DNA from: Candidatus Neomicrothrix sp. UBA6944
Lineage (GTDB): Bacteria > Actinomycetota > Acidimicrobiia > Acidimicrobiales > Poriferisodalaceae
Length of the DNA stretch: 64,000 nt
Direction of reading: 5' to 3'
Assembly (NCBI GenBank): GCA_002448715.1
Contig: DJZU01000095.1
Coordinates: 22,179 to 86,178, forward strand
The position numbers and the translations under genes were made by a program. Below, piece after piece: positions 49,302-59,036 of this stretch (within the stretch, counting starts at the first letter, position 1; every line of letters starts with the position of its first letter). The notes under the pieces are model-generated. The model did no database searches. It was not told the origin of the DNA and saw only the letters and a list, made by a program, of their open reading frames with translations.

Positions 49302-49711
49302 TTCGCTCGGTTGGCTTTCCAATCCTCGTATGACTCGATTGGCATTTCGTCAGCCTGCCAACCGCCGAACCCGGTTTCAATATGACTGATGCGTTCCATT
49401 CCCATATCTTTAAGTGTCTTTGCAGATAGAGCTGACCTCATTCCACCGGCACAGCACAAGATGAACTCTCGATCTTCTCCAAACACTTCTTTGGTGTAAG
49501 GCGAGTCTGGCGACACCCAAAATTCCAGCATGCCGCGGGGTGCGTGCATCGCCCCTGGAATAGCGCCATCTCGCTGCATTTCACGGACATCTCGAATGTC
49601 AACGATCAGGGCGCCTTCGTCGCCAGCTCGACGAGATGCCTCTTCGGGAGAAATATTGTCAATTTCGGCTTTTGCCGCCTCGACCATTTTCTTTACTGAT
49701 TCGATCGCCAT
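49298..49711 (-). CDS. Rhodanese-like single-domain protein
   Basis: VDIRD, IPGA, RGMLEF, CAGGMRS, GFGGW. Confidence 0.92.
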   Translation of the reverse strand: MAIESVKKMVEAAKAEIDNISPEEASRRAGDEGALIVDIRDVREMQRDGAIPGAMHAPRGMLEFWVSPDSPYTKEVFGEDREFILCCAGGMRSALSAKTLKDMGMERISHIETGFGGWQADEMPIESYEDWKANRAK

Positions 49712-49775
49712 TTTTGCCTCTCCCAAACAGTTTTGAATCGACGAAATGTTCGTCGGTTAGATAATCATTACCGAT

Positions 49776-51002
49776 CTAGCTCTGAGTGTCACTTCGTGAA
49801 CTTTCAGCCAGCAGAATCGCGTTCTCTTCCAGCGTTTGGATTTTGTCATCTGAAAGTGACAGCACTTCTCGCAATACCTCGTCGTTGTGTTGGCCAAGGA
49901 GGGGCGCTGGCGGTTCTTGGTCCGGTGGGTCATACGCACCAAATCGAATTGGAAGGCCCGTAACTTCTATGGATCCGAAGTGTGGGTCCTCCACCTTGCG
50001 GACCATGCCGCGCTCTGTGAAGTGAGGATGCCGCATTGCTTCTTCAGGACTCAAGACAGGCGCTGCCGGTAGGCGCCATTGTTCTAGGTACTGGAGGAGT
50101 TCCTGGTCAGACCCAAACTCCTGCATCCAGTTCTCCACCAAGGCGAGTAACGCCTTGGCATTTTCTACCCTGGAGTCAGATGTAGCGAAGCGCTCGTCTG
50201 TCGCTAAGTTCTCCCGGCCCATGGCTTCACACAACCTCGGCCACTGCGGTTCTAAGACCTGCAATACGATCCAACCATCGGGACCTTTGTAGGTACCTGA
50301 TGGAACTACGATACTGAACTGCCTACCTGATCGTTGTTGGCTCCACTCTCCCTTCGTGGCGCTGTGGCCCTGAACAGCAATGGAGTGCATCGCAAATAGC
50401 GGATCGACCAAGGTGACCTCGACATATTGGCCCTCGCCAGTACGTTCTCTATGGAACAAGGCGTGACCGATAGCCCCAAAGAGCGTTAAGCCAGCAGCGC
50501 AATCCGATATGGGAGATCCAGTGAATTGCGGCGCGCCGTCTGCTTCTCCAGTCAGATGCATCATTCCCGACAGCGCCTGGCCCATCAGGTCGAAGCCCTG
50601 CAGATGTGAAAGTGGGCCCGATTTACCAAATGCCGAGATGGAGGCCATGATCAGTTCGGGGTTGAGCTTTTTAAGAGTTTCCCAATCAAGCGCTCTCCGC
50701 TCGAGAACTCCAGGACCAAAATTTTCGACGACTAAGTCGCAATTAATGGCGAGTTCCCTAGCGACTTGGCAACCTTCCTCGGTACTTAGATCTAAACACA
50801 GCGATCGTTTTCCTCTGTTCTGCTGGGTGTAGTACGAAGAGGACCCCGTACCAGACACGAACGGCAAGGTGCGGCTCGGGTCACCGTGCGGCCCGTACTC
50901 GACCTTTATAACGTCGGCGCCCAATTCCGCCAACATCCGAGTAGCGCTGGGTCCGGACAGATACTGCGTAAAGTCAAGGACTCGGACATTCTCGAGAAGC
51001 AT
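49776..51002 (-). CDS. Family III CoA-transferase (CaiB/BaiF)
   Basis: VRVLDFT, LGADVIKVE, NRGKRSLCLDL, ENFGPG, PLLGQHN. Confidence 0.93.
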   Translation of the reverse strand: MLLENVRVLDFTQYLSGPSATRMLAELGADVIKVEYGPHGDPSRTLPFVSGTGSSSYYTQQNRGKRSLCLDLSTEEGCQVARELAINCDLVVENFGPGVLERRALDWETLKKLNPELIMASISAFGKSGPLSHLQGFDLMGQALSGMMHLTGEADGAPQFTGSPISDCAAGLTLFGAIGHALFHRERTGEGQYVEVTLVDPLFAMHSIAVQGHSATKGEWSQQRSGRQFSIVVPSGTYKGPDGWIVLQVLEPQWPRLCEAMGRENLATDERFATSDSRVENAKALLALVENWMQEFGSDQELLQYLEQWRLPAAPVLSPEEAMRHPHFTERGMVRKVEDPHFGSIEVTGLPIRFGAYDPPDQEPPAPLLGQHNDEVLREVLSLSDDKIQTLEENAILLAESSRSDTQS

Positions 51003-51078
51003 CTAAAGACCTTATGTCGGTGACCCAGATTCCGCACCCGTGTTGGCTCAGGGCTATTAGGAATGTCAGAATTTGAGG

Positions 51079-53073
51079 ATGGCGGATCTTGTGCTTGGCA
51101 TCGATGCTGGAGGGACGTTCACCGACGCGCTCCTTTACTGCAAAGAAGAGAACTCGGTTCTAGCGCGAGCTAAAACGCCTACCACCCACGACAATCTCAG
51201 CCTGTGCCTCGCTGCGGCTTTAGAAACTGTCATGGGAAAGGTGGCTGTCGCCCCATCCCAGATCTCCGTCGTGTCAGTTTCCACAACGTTGGCTACCAAC
51301 GCCTTAGTAGAGGATGGCGGACGAGCCGCGGGCCTCGTAACAATCGGCTTCAAGGAGGATGCCCTTAGTCGTGCGGGGCTTTCGCGCATCAGCGAGCGCT
51401 CACCCCACCTGAAGCTGGCTGGCGGACATTCTTCGCATGGGAGTGCCCTCCAGGATCTCGATCTCAGGCCGTTGGACGAGTGGCTAACCGAACACGACTC
51501 CAGACTCGAGGCATACGCGGTGGCTGGTTCCTTTAGCGTGCGGAACCCCGAACACGAACAACTCGCAGGTAGCTTCATTCAAAGTCGGACAGGCAAGCCA
51601 GTGACTGTCAGCCATGAGCTTTCCTCGAACTTAAACGCCCCCAAGCGCGCGACTACTGCTCTACTCAATGCCAGACTGGTGCCAATCGTCAACGAATTGG
51701 TAACCGGCGTTGAAGGCTCAATGCTGCGAGCTGGTTTGACCTCCCGGTTAATGGTGATGCGTGGTGACGGCTCGTTGGTTTCTTCTGACTTTGTTCGGGA
51801 CCGACCAATCGAGACAATTCTCTCAGGTCCTGCGGCAAGTGCTATTGGCGCGGCAGCACTCGCCGGAATCGACGACGGAGTGGTGGTAGATATAGGTGGG
51901 ACTACAACCGATGTAGTCATAATTAACGAGGGACGACCTGTCGCTGCGCCTTCGGGCGCAGTCGTAGGAGGCCACGAGACCATGGTGAGCGCTGTTCGAG
52001 CCCACACGTTTGGCATTGGTGGAGACAGCCGCATTCAGCACAACCCGCTCAGTGACGATGACTTCACAATCGGACCTTCGCGAGCAACCCCGTTGGTTGT
52101 GGCTGCAATTGAGCGGCCGTCAATTCTTAGCGCGCTCTCTCAACAACTTGAACGAGGCCGCGCCCAGGAAACCGACGGTGTATTTCTATGGCTTCGGGAG
52201 ATCGCCGGGTCGGATCGAGGCGCCTCTCGAGCCGAGAGAGATGTTCTGGCTGAATTGGCGAACTTTTCTGAGGGCGCGAGCCTCGAATCAGTCGCCCGGA
52301 CACAACTAGCGCACAACGCCATCAACAGGCTCATTAGTTCCGGCGCTGTCGGGGTTAGCGCTTTCACGCCAACGGACGCAGCGCACATACTCGAGATTGA
52401 CAACCGATATTCGGTCGATGCGGCAGTAGTTGGCGGGATTTTACTGGCGCGGCAACTCGACAGATTCGGAGTGCCTCTTGCAGTGAGTGAAGCAGACATG
52501 GCTGGTTTGGTGATCCAGCGGGTTAGAGAACGAACAGCAGAAGCGGTACTTATAGCCGCAGCGGACCACGATGCCCTTTCAGCCACAGAGCTCTCTTTGG
52601 TGTTGAAGGCGCAACGCAGTCGTGTCAGCGCCACTGATCGCTCCCCCCTTCTCAGGATGGAGCTCGGCGTGGCCGGTTCCGTTGCGCTGGTAGGCGCCCC
52701 AGCTCATTGTCTTGGGCCTGCCAACACCGAGGAGTGGAGAATTCATTCTGCGATACCCGACCATTTCGAGATCGCTAATGCTTTTGGGTCAGCTATCGGC
52801 GATATTCGCCTTGCGCATCAGATCACTGTAAGCGCTCCGCGCCGCGGTCTTTACCGGGTCCACATTGACGAACCCATCACTTTTTATGATCTGAAAGCAG
52901 CACAACAGTTCGCTGAGGAGAAGGCCGAGGCCCACTTGCGCAATGAAATGCGTTTCGCTGGCGGCCAGTCCTGCAACATCACACACAATTGGGATCTCGA
53001 GCAAGCAATAGTCGAAGAGCGGGAACTCTTTGTAGAAGCAACCCTCAAAAGCAGGGCTTTAGGTTCCCCGTAA
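51079..53073 (+). CDS. Hydantoinase A/oxoprolinase family ATP-dependent protein
   Basis: GIDAGGTFTD, STTLATNAL, TILSGPAAS, DIGGTTTD, GIGGDS, FTPTD, ANAFG. Confidence 0.9.
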   Translation: MADLVLGIDAGGTFTDALLYCKEENSVLARAKTPTTHDNLSLCLAAALETVMGKVAVAPSQISVVSVSTTLATNALVEDGGRAAGLVTIGFKEDALSRAGLSRISERSPHLKLAGGHSSHGSALQDLDLRPLDEWLTEHDSRLEAYAVAGSFSVRNPEHEQLAGSFIQSRTGKPVTVSHELSSNLNAPKRATTALLNARLVPIVNELVTGVEGSMLRAGLTSRLMVMRGDGSLVSSDFVRDRPIETILSGPAASAIGAAALAGIDDGVVVDIGGTTTDVVIINEGRPVAAPSGAVVGGHETMVSAVRAHTFGIGGDSRIQHNPLSDDDFTIGPSRATPLVVAAIERPSILSALSQQLERGRAQETDGVFLWLREIAGSDRGASRAERDVLAELANFSEGASLESVARTQLAHNAINRLISSGAVGVSAFTPTDAAHILEIDNRYSVDAAVVGGILLARQLDRFGVPLAVSEADMAGLVIQRVRERTAEAVLIAAADHDALSATELSLVLKAQRSRVSATDRSPLLRMELGVAGSVALVGAPAHCLGPANTEEWRIHSAIPDHFEIANAFGSAIGDIRLAHQITVSAPRRGLYRVHIDEPITFYDLKAAQQFAEEKAEAHLRNEMRFAGGQSCNITHNWDLEQAIVEERELFVEATLKSRALGSP

Positions 53074-53080
53074 GCGAACT

Positions 53081-54577
53081 CTACTTAGCTGCTGCGATTG
53101 CCGCATTGCGTCCAAGAGTTTGGCACTGCGGATCGGATTGGAGAATTTGGCTGCGATCTGGGGTCGGTGTGGCACAGAGCGCTGACTCCCCGAAATGACC
53201 CTCAAGGGACTTAGCGATCCCAAGAAGATTCAAATCTTCATACATGGGCCCAACGCATTGGACCCCAAACGGAAGGCCATTGCGATCTAACCCGGCGGGC
53301 AACGCGGTCACGGGGTGCCCTACTACCGTTAGGCAACTTGTCAGGCCCAACCATGCCATGTAGTTCTCAACGGGGGAATCGTCAATCTCTCTGGGATGCA
53401 ACGACACCCACGGAAACGGTGGAACGCTGACCGTGGGACAGAGTACGACGTCGACTTCATCGAATACACGATCAACGGTTTCGAATAGTTCTTTTTGGCG
53501 TCGGCGCGCTTGAGCAATCGCAAGTACTGACGTCGACAAGGCCGTCTCATAGCTGCGGAACACATTCGGATTAAACGTGTCATCAAAGGACTCGATCTCA
53601 CGGTGATATTGGGTCGCGAAGATGTCAGACCGTAGCTGCCAATCAACGTCGATCGCATCGGTTAGGTCCAGCGGTACTTGACGTATCCTGGCTCCGCGCC
53701 CTTCTAGGTATTCGATGCGTTGTGCGAAAGCCTTCCGCACGTCATCTGAAACTGGCAATCCGCCAAAATCGTCCGTAAAACCGATGTCAAGGCTATTCAG
53801 GGCAGGCGTATCGATCGCGAGGAACTGACTTGCGTCCAAGGGGAAGCTCATCGGATCCTGTCGACTGGAGCGGTCCCGCATTGCGATCGCTGCGAGTAAC
53901 AAACCCACATCGTCCACGCTTCGAGCCATGGGCCCTTGAAGGCTGTAGTTGGTTTGGGTGATGGTGCGGGCTTCGTTGGGCACTGTGCCCGGTGTGGCTC
54001 GATGACCTACGACACCACAAAAACTTGCGGGAATTCTGAGGCTCCCGCCGTGGTCAGAACCCGTCGCCAGTGGCGCCATATGGGCGGCTACTGCTACAGC
54101 TGATCCTCCAGAAGAGCCGCCACATGTCAACGAGGGTGCGTAGGGGTTTCCGGTTGCACCAAAGATTCGATTGATTGTATTTGCGCCAATGCTCATCTCC
54201 GGGATGTTCGTTTTGCCAATGACGATGCCACCGGCTGCCTTGACTCGAGCGACGATGCCCGAGTCTTCGGTCGGGACATGGTCTTTATAAAACTCTGTGC
54301 CGTAGGTGGTGACTAAACCTTGAGTGGCCTGAAGGTCTTTGATCGCTACCGGTAGCCCGTGAAGCACACCCGTGGCGGCACCTGCTTGGATTTGTGCTTC
54401 TGCAGCTCGGGCCTTATCAAGGGCATCTTCATCACATCGTCCCACCACTGCGTTCAGCGTGGGATTCAACTCGTCGATTCGTTCTAGGCAGGATTGCGTT
54501 AACTCCACAGGCGATAGCTCGCCATTGAGAATTGCCGTCCGAGCCTCGTGAGCACCGAGGTCGCAGGGCTGATTCAC
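53081..54577 (-). CDS. Amidase signature family protein
   Basis: GLPVAIKD, GKTNIPE, GGSSGGS, GSDHGGSLRIPA. Confidence 0.93.
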   Translation of the reverse strand: MNQPCDLGAHEARTAILNGELSPVELTQSCLERIDELNPTLNAVVGRCDEDALDKARAAEAQIQAGAATGVLHGLPVAIKDLQATQGLVTTYGTEFYKDHVPTEDSGIVARVKAAGGIVIGKTNIPEMSIGANTINRIFGATGNPYAPSLTCGGSSGGSAVAVAAHMAPLATGSDHGGSLRIPASFCGVVGHRATPGTVPNEARTITQTNYSLQGPMARSVDDVGLLLAAIAMRDRSSRQDPMSFPLDASQFLAIDTPALNSLDIGFTDDFGGLPVSDDVRKAFAQRIEYLEGRGARIRQVPLDLTDAIDVDWQLRSDIFATQYHREIESFDDTFNPNVFRSYETALSTSVLAIAQARRRQKELFETVDRVFDEVDVVLCPTVSVPPFPWVSLHPREIDDSPVENYMAWLGLTSCLTVVGHPVTALPAGLDRNGLPFGVQCVGPMYEDLNLLGIAKSLEGHFGESALCATPTPDRSQILQSDPQCQTLGRNAAIAAAK

Positions 54578-55476
54578 GCTTCAGACCTTATGACGTCAAT
54601 GCCACTTGGATCGATGCGTCTCCCGTGAACTTCCATATTGTTGCTGTGTCCCACGTGGTGCAGAGAGAACGCTGCTTGCAAGGCGCTGTACATTCCTGTC
54701 GCGTCGACGGCTTGATTCACGCTCTGTTTTGCCAGGGTCAACCCGAAGCTGGGTCGTTTAGCTATATGCGATGCCAATTTGAGCGTTTCGGCCTCAAGGT
54801 CTGATCTCGGTACCACTTTGTTGACCATCCCACGCTCCATCAGCTCACGAGCATTCAAGGATCGGCCGGTGAAAAGCATTTCTTTCGCCAAACGAGCACC
54901 TGCCTCGAATGGGTGTGCGAAGTACTCAACGCCGTTGACGTTGAACGCAACCACCGGATCGCTAAAACTGGCGTCGTCTGAAGCCACTATCAGGTCCATT
55001 GGCCAGACCAGCATGAGCCCTCCGGCTATCACCTTGCCTTGTACCTGAGCGATGGTCGGTTTGGCAAGATTTCGCCAACGCCAGCACAGCCCCAAATACA
55101 TTTCTGCCTCTCGAGCCATGTAACCCTCTGTTCCGGCAGCATCGAAATGACATTGAGTTCCAACGGTCGGAAAGTCATCCATATCAACTTCCCCAGCCGA
55201 AAGATCATGACCTGAGGAAAAGTGCTTTCCGTCTGCTGCGAGAACAATGACTCGGATGGTGTCGTCAGCAGCCGCTACATCGAACGCTGCATTGAGTTCT
55301 GACAACATCAAATAGTCCTGGGCGTTGGCGGCCTCAGGCCGGGCGAGGGTGATTCTGGCTACTCCCTCTGCAGGCGTTTCATATCGAATTCGTTCGTAAG
55401 TCAAGGTTCGCTCCAACTGGTCTGCACCGATGGTAGGTCCAAGCTGCCTCATTAGCTGCCTCATGACTTGTTTCAC
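54574..55476 (-). CDS. Enoyl-CoA hydratase/crotonase family protein (start uncertain)
   Basis: RPEAANAQ, FSSGHDL, KPTIAQVQG..AGG, AKEMLFTG. Confidence 0.9.
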   Translation of the reverse strand: MKQVMRQLMRQLGPTIGADQLERTLTYERIRYETPAEGVARITLARPEAANAQDYLMLSELNAAFDVAAADDTIRVIVLAADGKHFSSGHDLSAGEVDMDDFPTVGTQCHFDAAGTEGYMAREAEMYLGLCWRWRNLAKPTIAQVQGKVIAGGLMLVWPMDLIVASDDASFSDPVVAFNVNGVEYFAHPFEAGARLAKEMLFTGRSLNARELMERGMVNKVVPRSDLEAETLKLASHIAKRPSFGLTLAKQSVNQAVDATGMYSALQAAFSLHHVGHSNNMEVHGRRIDPSGIDVIRSEA

Positions 55477-55535
55477 CTCTCTTCGCGCGTCACCACCACG
55501 AAACAGCTAATTTGTGATATCGAGGAGGTTGATCT

Positions 55536-57131
55536 GTGACTGCCGTTGAAACGAGAGATGTGCTGGTCGTCGGCGCCGGCTTTGGGGGCCTCTATTCCCT
55601 GTACGTTCTGAGGGAAGCGGGTTTTCATGTGACTGCCGTCGAGCGCGGAACGGGTGTCGGTGGGACTTGGTATTGGAATCGTTATCCCGGTGCGCGATGC
55701 GATGTTGAAAGTCTTCAATATTCATATTCTTTTGACGATGACCTGCAACAAGAGTGGGAATGGACCGAAAGATACGCCGGTCAGCCTGAGATCCTGAAGT
55801 ATGCCCAACACGTGTCAACTAGATTCAATTTGACCGAGCTGATTGACTTCAACACCAACGTAGAGTCGATGAGTTACGACGCTGACGAACAACAGTGGAC
55901 TGTAAGCACCAACTCCCTCACCTACCAAGCGCAGTTCGTGATCGCTGCTACGGGTTGCTTATCAAGTACAAATCTGCCCGAGTTTCCTGGATTGGAGCTG
56001 TTTCAGGGCGATACCTACCACACCGGACGTTGGCCCCACCAAAAAGTTGACTTCAGTGGTCAACGGGTCGGCATCATCGGTACAGGCTCATCTGCTGTTC
56101 AAGCGATTCCCGTTATCGCCGCCGAAGCTGCCGAACTCACCGTGTTCCAAAGAACTCCCAACTATTCGATTCCCGCCCATAACAAACCGCTGGATCCCTC
56201 AGAACAGAGTGACGTGAAGAGCCGGTACGAGGAGCTGAGAAGTGCTGCTCGAGCCGAGCGATCCGGAATTCTTTCCATATTTCCACCAAACGAGGATCTA
56301 GCCAGGGAAGCTACAGATGCCGAATTCAAAGCTCGAATGAACGAACGCTGGGATTACGGCGGATTTGGTTTCTATCGGTCTTACATAGACATCGTGGTCG
56401 ACCCTCAATCAAATGAACGAGTAGCTGACTATGTGCGCTGGCATATCGCATCGAAAGTCGACGACCCCGCGACCGCCGCTCTTTTATCCCCATCCAATAC
56501 GATTGCTTGTAAGCGTCCCTGTTTGGACACGGAGTACTACGAGACCTTCAATTCCCAACACGTGCACCTAGTCGACATCTCCGAAACCGAGATACAAGCC
56601 ATTACTCCAACCGGATTACGCGTAAACGACCAGGAGTTTGAGTTCGACTCCCTGGTCTTTGCGACAGGGTTCGATGCCATGACTGGCGCTCTACTTGGCA
56701 TGAACATCACCGGGATCGATGGTTACACCCTTGACGAGGCGTGGGCTGAAGGGCCACGAACCTACCTCGGGCTCAGCGTTCCAAAGTTCCCAAACCTTTT
56801 TACCGTGACCGGTCCGGGAAGCCCTTCCGTGCTGACCAACATGATCATGGCTATCGAGCAGCACGTCGAATGGATTCGAGATTGCTTAGTCTCAATGAGA
56901 GAAGACCAGATCGCCACCATTGAAGCCTCATCCGACGCGGCTGACTCGTGGGTGCAACACGTCAACGCGATAGCAGATCAAACCCTCTACCCGAGCTGTA
57001 ACTCCTGGTACCTGGGTGCGAATATTCCGGGCAAGACCAGGGTTTTCATGCCACTGATCGGCTTCCCTGCCTACGCGGAGCGCTGTGAACAGGTCGCTGC
57101 GAACAGCTACGAGGGGTTCGCGCTTGCCTGA
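55536..57131 (+). CDS. Type I Baeyer-Villiger monooxygenase (cyclohexanone monooxygenase-like)
   Basis: GAGFGG, GGTWYWNRYPGARCD, FQGDTYHTGRWP fingerprint, GTGSS, ATGFDA. Confidence 0.95.
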   Translation: MTAVETRDVLVVGAGFGGLYSLYVLREAGFHVTAVERGTGVGGTWYWNRYPGARCDVESLQYSYSFDDDLQQEWEWTERYAGQPEILKYAQHVSTRFNLTELIDFNTNVESMSYDADEQQWTVSTNSLTYQAQFVIAATGCLSSTNLPEFPGLELFQGDTYHTGRWPHQKVDFSGQRVGIIGTGSSAVQAIPVIAAEAAELTVFQRTPNYSIPAHNKPLDPSEQSDVKSRYEELRSAARAERSGILSIFPPNEDLAREATDAEFKARMNERWDYGGFGFYRSYIDIVVDPQSNERVADYVRWHIASKVDDPATAALLSPSNTIACKRPCLDTEYYETFNSQHVHLVDISETEIQAITPTGLRVNDQEFEFDSLVFATGFDAMTGALLGMNITGIDGYTLDEAWAEGPRTYLGLSVPKFPNLFTVTGPGSPSVLTNMIMAIEQHVEWIRDCLVSMREDQIATIEASSDAADSWVQHVNAIADQTLYPSCNSWYLGANIPGKTRVFMPLIGFPAYAERCEQVAANSYEGFALA

Positions 57132-57147
57132 CAACCATCATTGTCAG

Positions 57148-57690
57148 ATGCTCTCCGTGACGTTGGGCGACCTCACTACCATGAAGGTGGATGCGATAGT
57201 CAATGCCGCAAATACTCAGTTGGCTGGCGGCGGCGGCGTCGATGGAGCAATCCACTTAGCAGCCGGGCCGACTGTCCTTGAAGAGTGTCGGGCGATTGTG
57301 GAATCACAAGGGCCATGTCTCACCGGCGACGCTGTCATTACAGCCGCAGGTAATCTTTGGGCATCATGGGTGATTCACACCGTGGGCCCAATTTGGGGCA
57401 ACCACGATCCAATCGACAGCAGCACACTTCTTGCTAGTTGCTACAGCTCATCCCTTGATGTTGCATCAACAGTAGGGGCTAAAAGTGTTGCTTTTGCCTC
57501 AATCAGCACCGGGGTGTACGGCTTTCCGCGAGAGCTCGCTGCGCCCATCGCGGTGAGCTCTGTGCTTGAGTGGCTGCAAGGCAATGCTGCCACCGCCTCG
57601 ATTAACGCTGTGACACTGGTGTGCTTCGATCAGGGCAACCACGCGTTAGTTCAGGATTCGCTAAACCGTCTTTGCCGACACAGCAACTAG
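57148..57690 (+). CDS. ymdB: Macrodomain O-acetyl-ADP-ribose deacetylase
   Basis: GDLT..VDAIVNAAN..GGGGVDGAIH, VIHTVGP, ISTGVYGFP. Confidence 0.92.
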   Translation: MLSVTLGDLTTMKVDAIVNAANTQLAGGGGVDGAIHLAAGPTVLEECRAIVESQGPCLTGDAVITAAGNLWASWVIHTVGPIWGNHDPIDSSTLLASCYSSSLDVASTVGAKSVAFASISTGVYGFPRELAAPIAVSSVLEWLQGNAATASINAVTLVCFDQGNHALVQDSLNRLCRHSN

Positions 57691-57815
57691 GAGCACTCAT
57701 TCGCCTCACTTTGCTGGAATGTCAACCCTGAGCGCCTACCACTGTTATGTTGGCCCTGCCCGATGGCACATCCATTCGCGTCTGGGCAACCCGACAGAAA
57801 GGCCACGGGACCCCA

Positions 57816-59036
57816 ATGCCGGACGAAAATTCAATAATTCAACTCGAAGAGGTCTTCAAGATCTTCGGGCCACAACCTCGTGGCCGCGCTTTCGATCTCG
57901 CCAAGGCCGGTGTTCACAAAAACGATGTCCAGAAACAGTCAGGCCACGTCGTTGGGCTCAGCGATGTTTCTTTTTCGGTGAAGAAGGGCGAAATTTTCGT
58001 CGTAATGGGTCTCTCCGGCTCGGGAAAGTCAACGGCAATCCGAACCGTCAACAAACTCCACGACGTCACCCATGGGCAGGTCATCGTAGACGGAGTCGAC
58101 GTCCAACAACTTGAGGGCAAGGAACTTCAGGCCTTCAGGCGAGAAAAAATGGGCATGGTGTTTCAACACTTTGCTCTCTTTCCTCACCGAAACGTGATCG
58201 ACAACGTGGCCTACGGCCTCAAAGTCCAAAAAGTTGACCGGAAGGAAAGAGAAGCAGCAGCTTTAAACGCCCTAAGGCTCGTCGGGCTCGAACCGTATGC
58301 AGATAACGCGACGAGCGAACTGTCAGGCGGCATGCAACAACGCGTCGGCCTCGCCCGAGCCTTAGCCTCAGATCCCGACATCTTGCTCATGGACGAAGCT
58401 TTTAGCGCTCTCGATCCGCTAATCAGGCGCCAAATGCAAGACGAACTCATGACCATTCAAGACGAGGTTCACAAAACAATCCTCTTCATCACTCATGACT
58501 TAAATGAGGCACTCCGAATAGGCGACCGAGTCTGCATCATGAAAGATGGCGTCGTAGTGCAGGTCGGCACACCTGAAGAAATCCTCACCCAACCAGCCAC
58601 CGGCTACGTCGCTGAATTCGTCCAAGACGTAGACCAGGGAAGAGTCATCAAAGTCGAAGAAATTATGGTGCCACCCGATCCCCTCCGGATCGATACGGAG
58701 TTCGACCAAGTGGTTAGCTCATTGGCCGACGTCAGAGAGCGGCTGGTTGTAGACGCGTCAGGGAAATGCATCGGCCTAGTCACCCGAGGGGACGTGGAAC
58801 GGGTCGCTACACAGGGAGTTCCAACCCTCGCAAGTGCGCTCAGAACCGATGTCCCCATCGCCGCTCCATCACAAACGCTCAACGAGCTTTATGCAGATGC
58901 TGGCCGCGGGCTACCCATTGCTTGCTGCGATGCGGACGGTCAGCTCGTCGGTCGCATGGACCCAACTGCGGTACTTGAAGAACTTGGACGCGTTGAGGCC
59001 CTAGCCGACGCATTCGAACGAGAGGTGTACATGTGA
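57816..59036 (+). CDS. proV: Glycine betaine/proline ABC transporter ATPase with CBS domains
   Basis: MGLSGSGKST, LSGGMQQRVG, MDEAFSALDPLIR, ITHDL. Confidence 0.95.
   Translation: MPDENSIIQLEEVFKIFGPQPRGRAFDLAKAGVHKNDVQKQSGHVVGLSDVSFSVKKGEIFVVMGLSGSGKSTAIRTVNKLHDVTHGQVIVDGVDVQQLEGKELQAFRREKMGMVFQHFALFPHRNVIDNVAYGLKVQKVDRKEREAAALNALRLVGLEPYADNATSELSGGMQQRVGLARALASDPDILLMDEAFSALDPLIRRQMQDELMTIQDEVHKTILFITHDLNEALRIGDRVCIMKDGVVVQVGTPEEILTQPATGYVAEFVQDVDQGRVIKVEEIMVPPDPLRIDTEFDQVVSSLADVRERLVVDASGKCIGLVTRGDVERVATQGVPTLASALRTDVPIAAPSQTLNELYADAGRGLPIACCDADGQLVGRMDPTAVLEELGRVEALADAFEREVYM

Noticed and set aside
49440..49465. Rhodanese as a third selenoprotein
   Set aside because: The active-site loop is encoded by Cys codons (CCAGGMRS) with no in-frame TGA.
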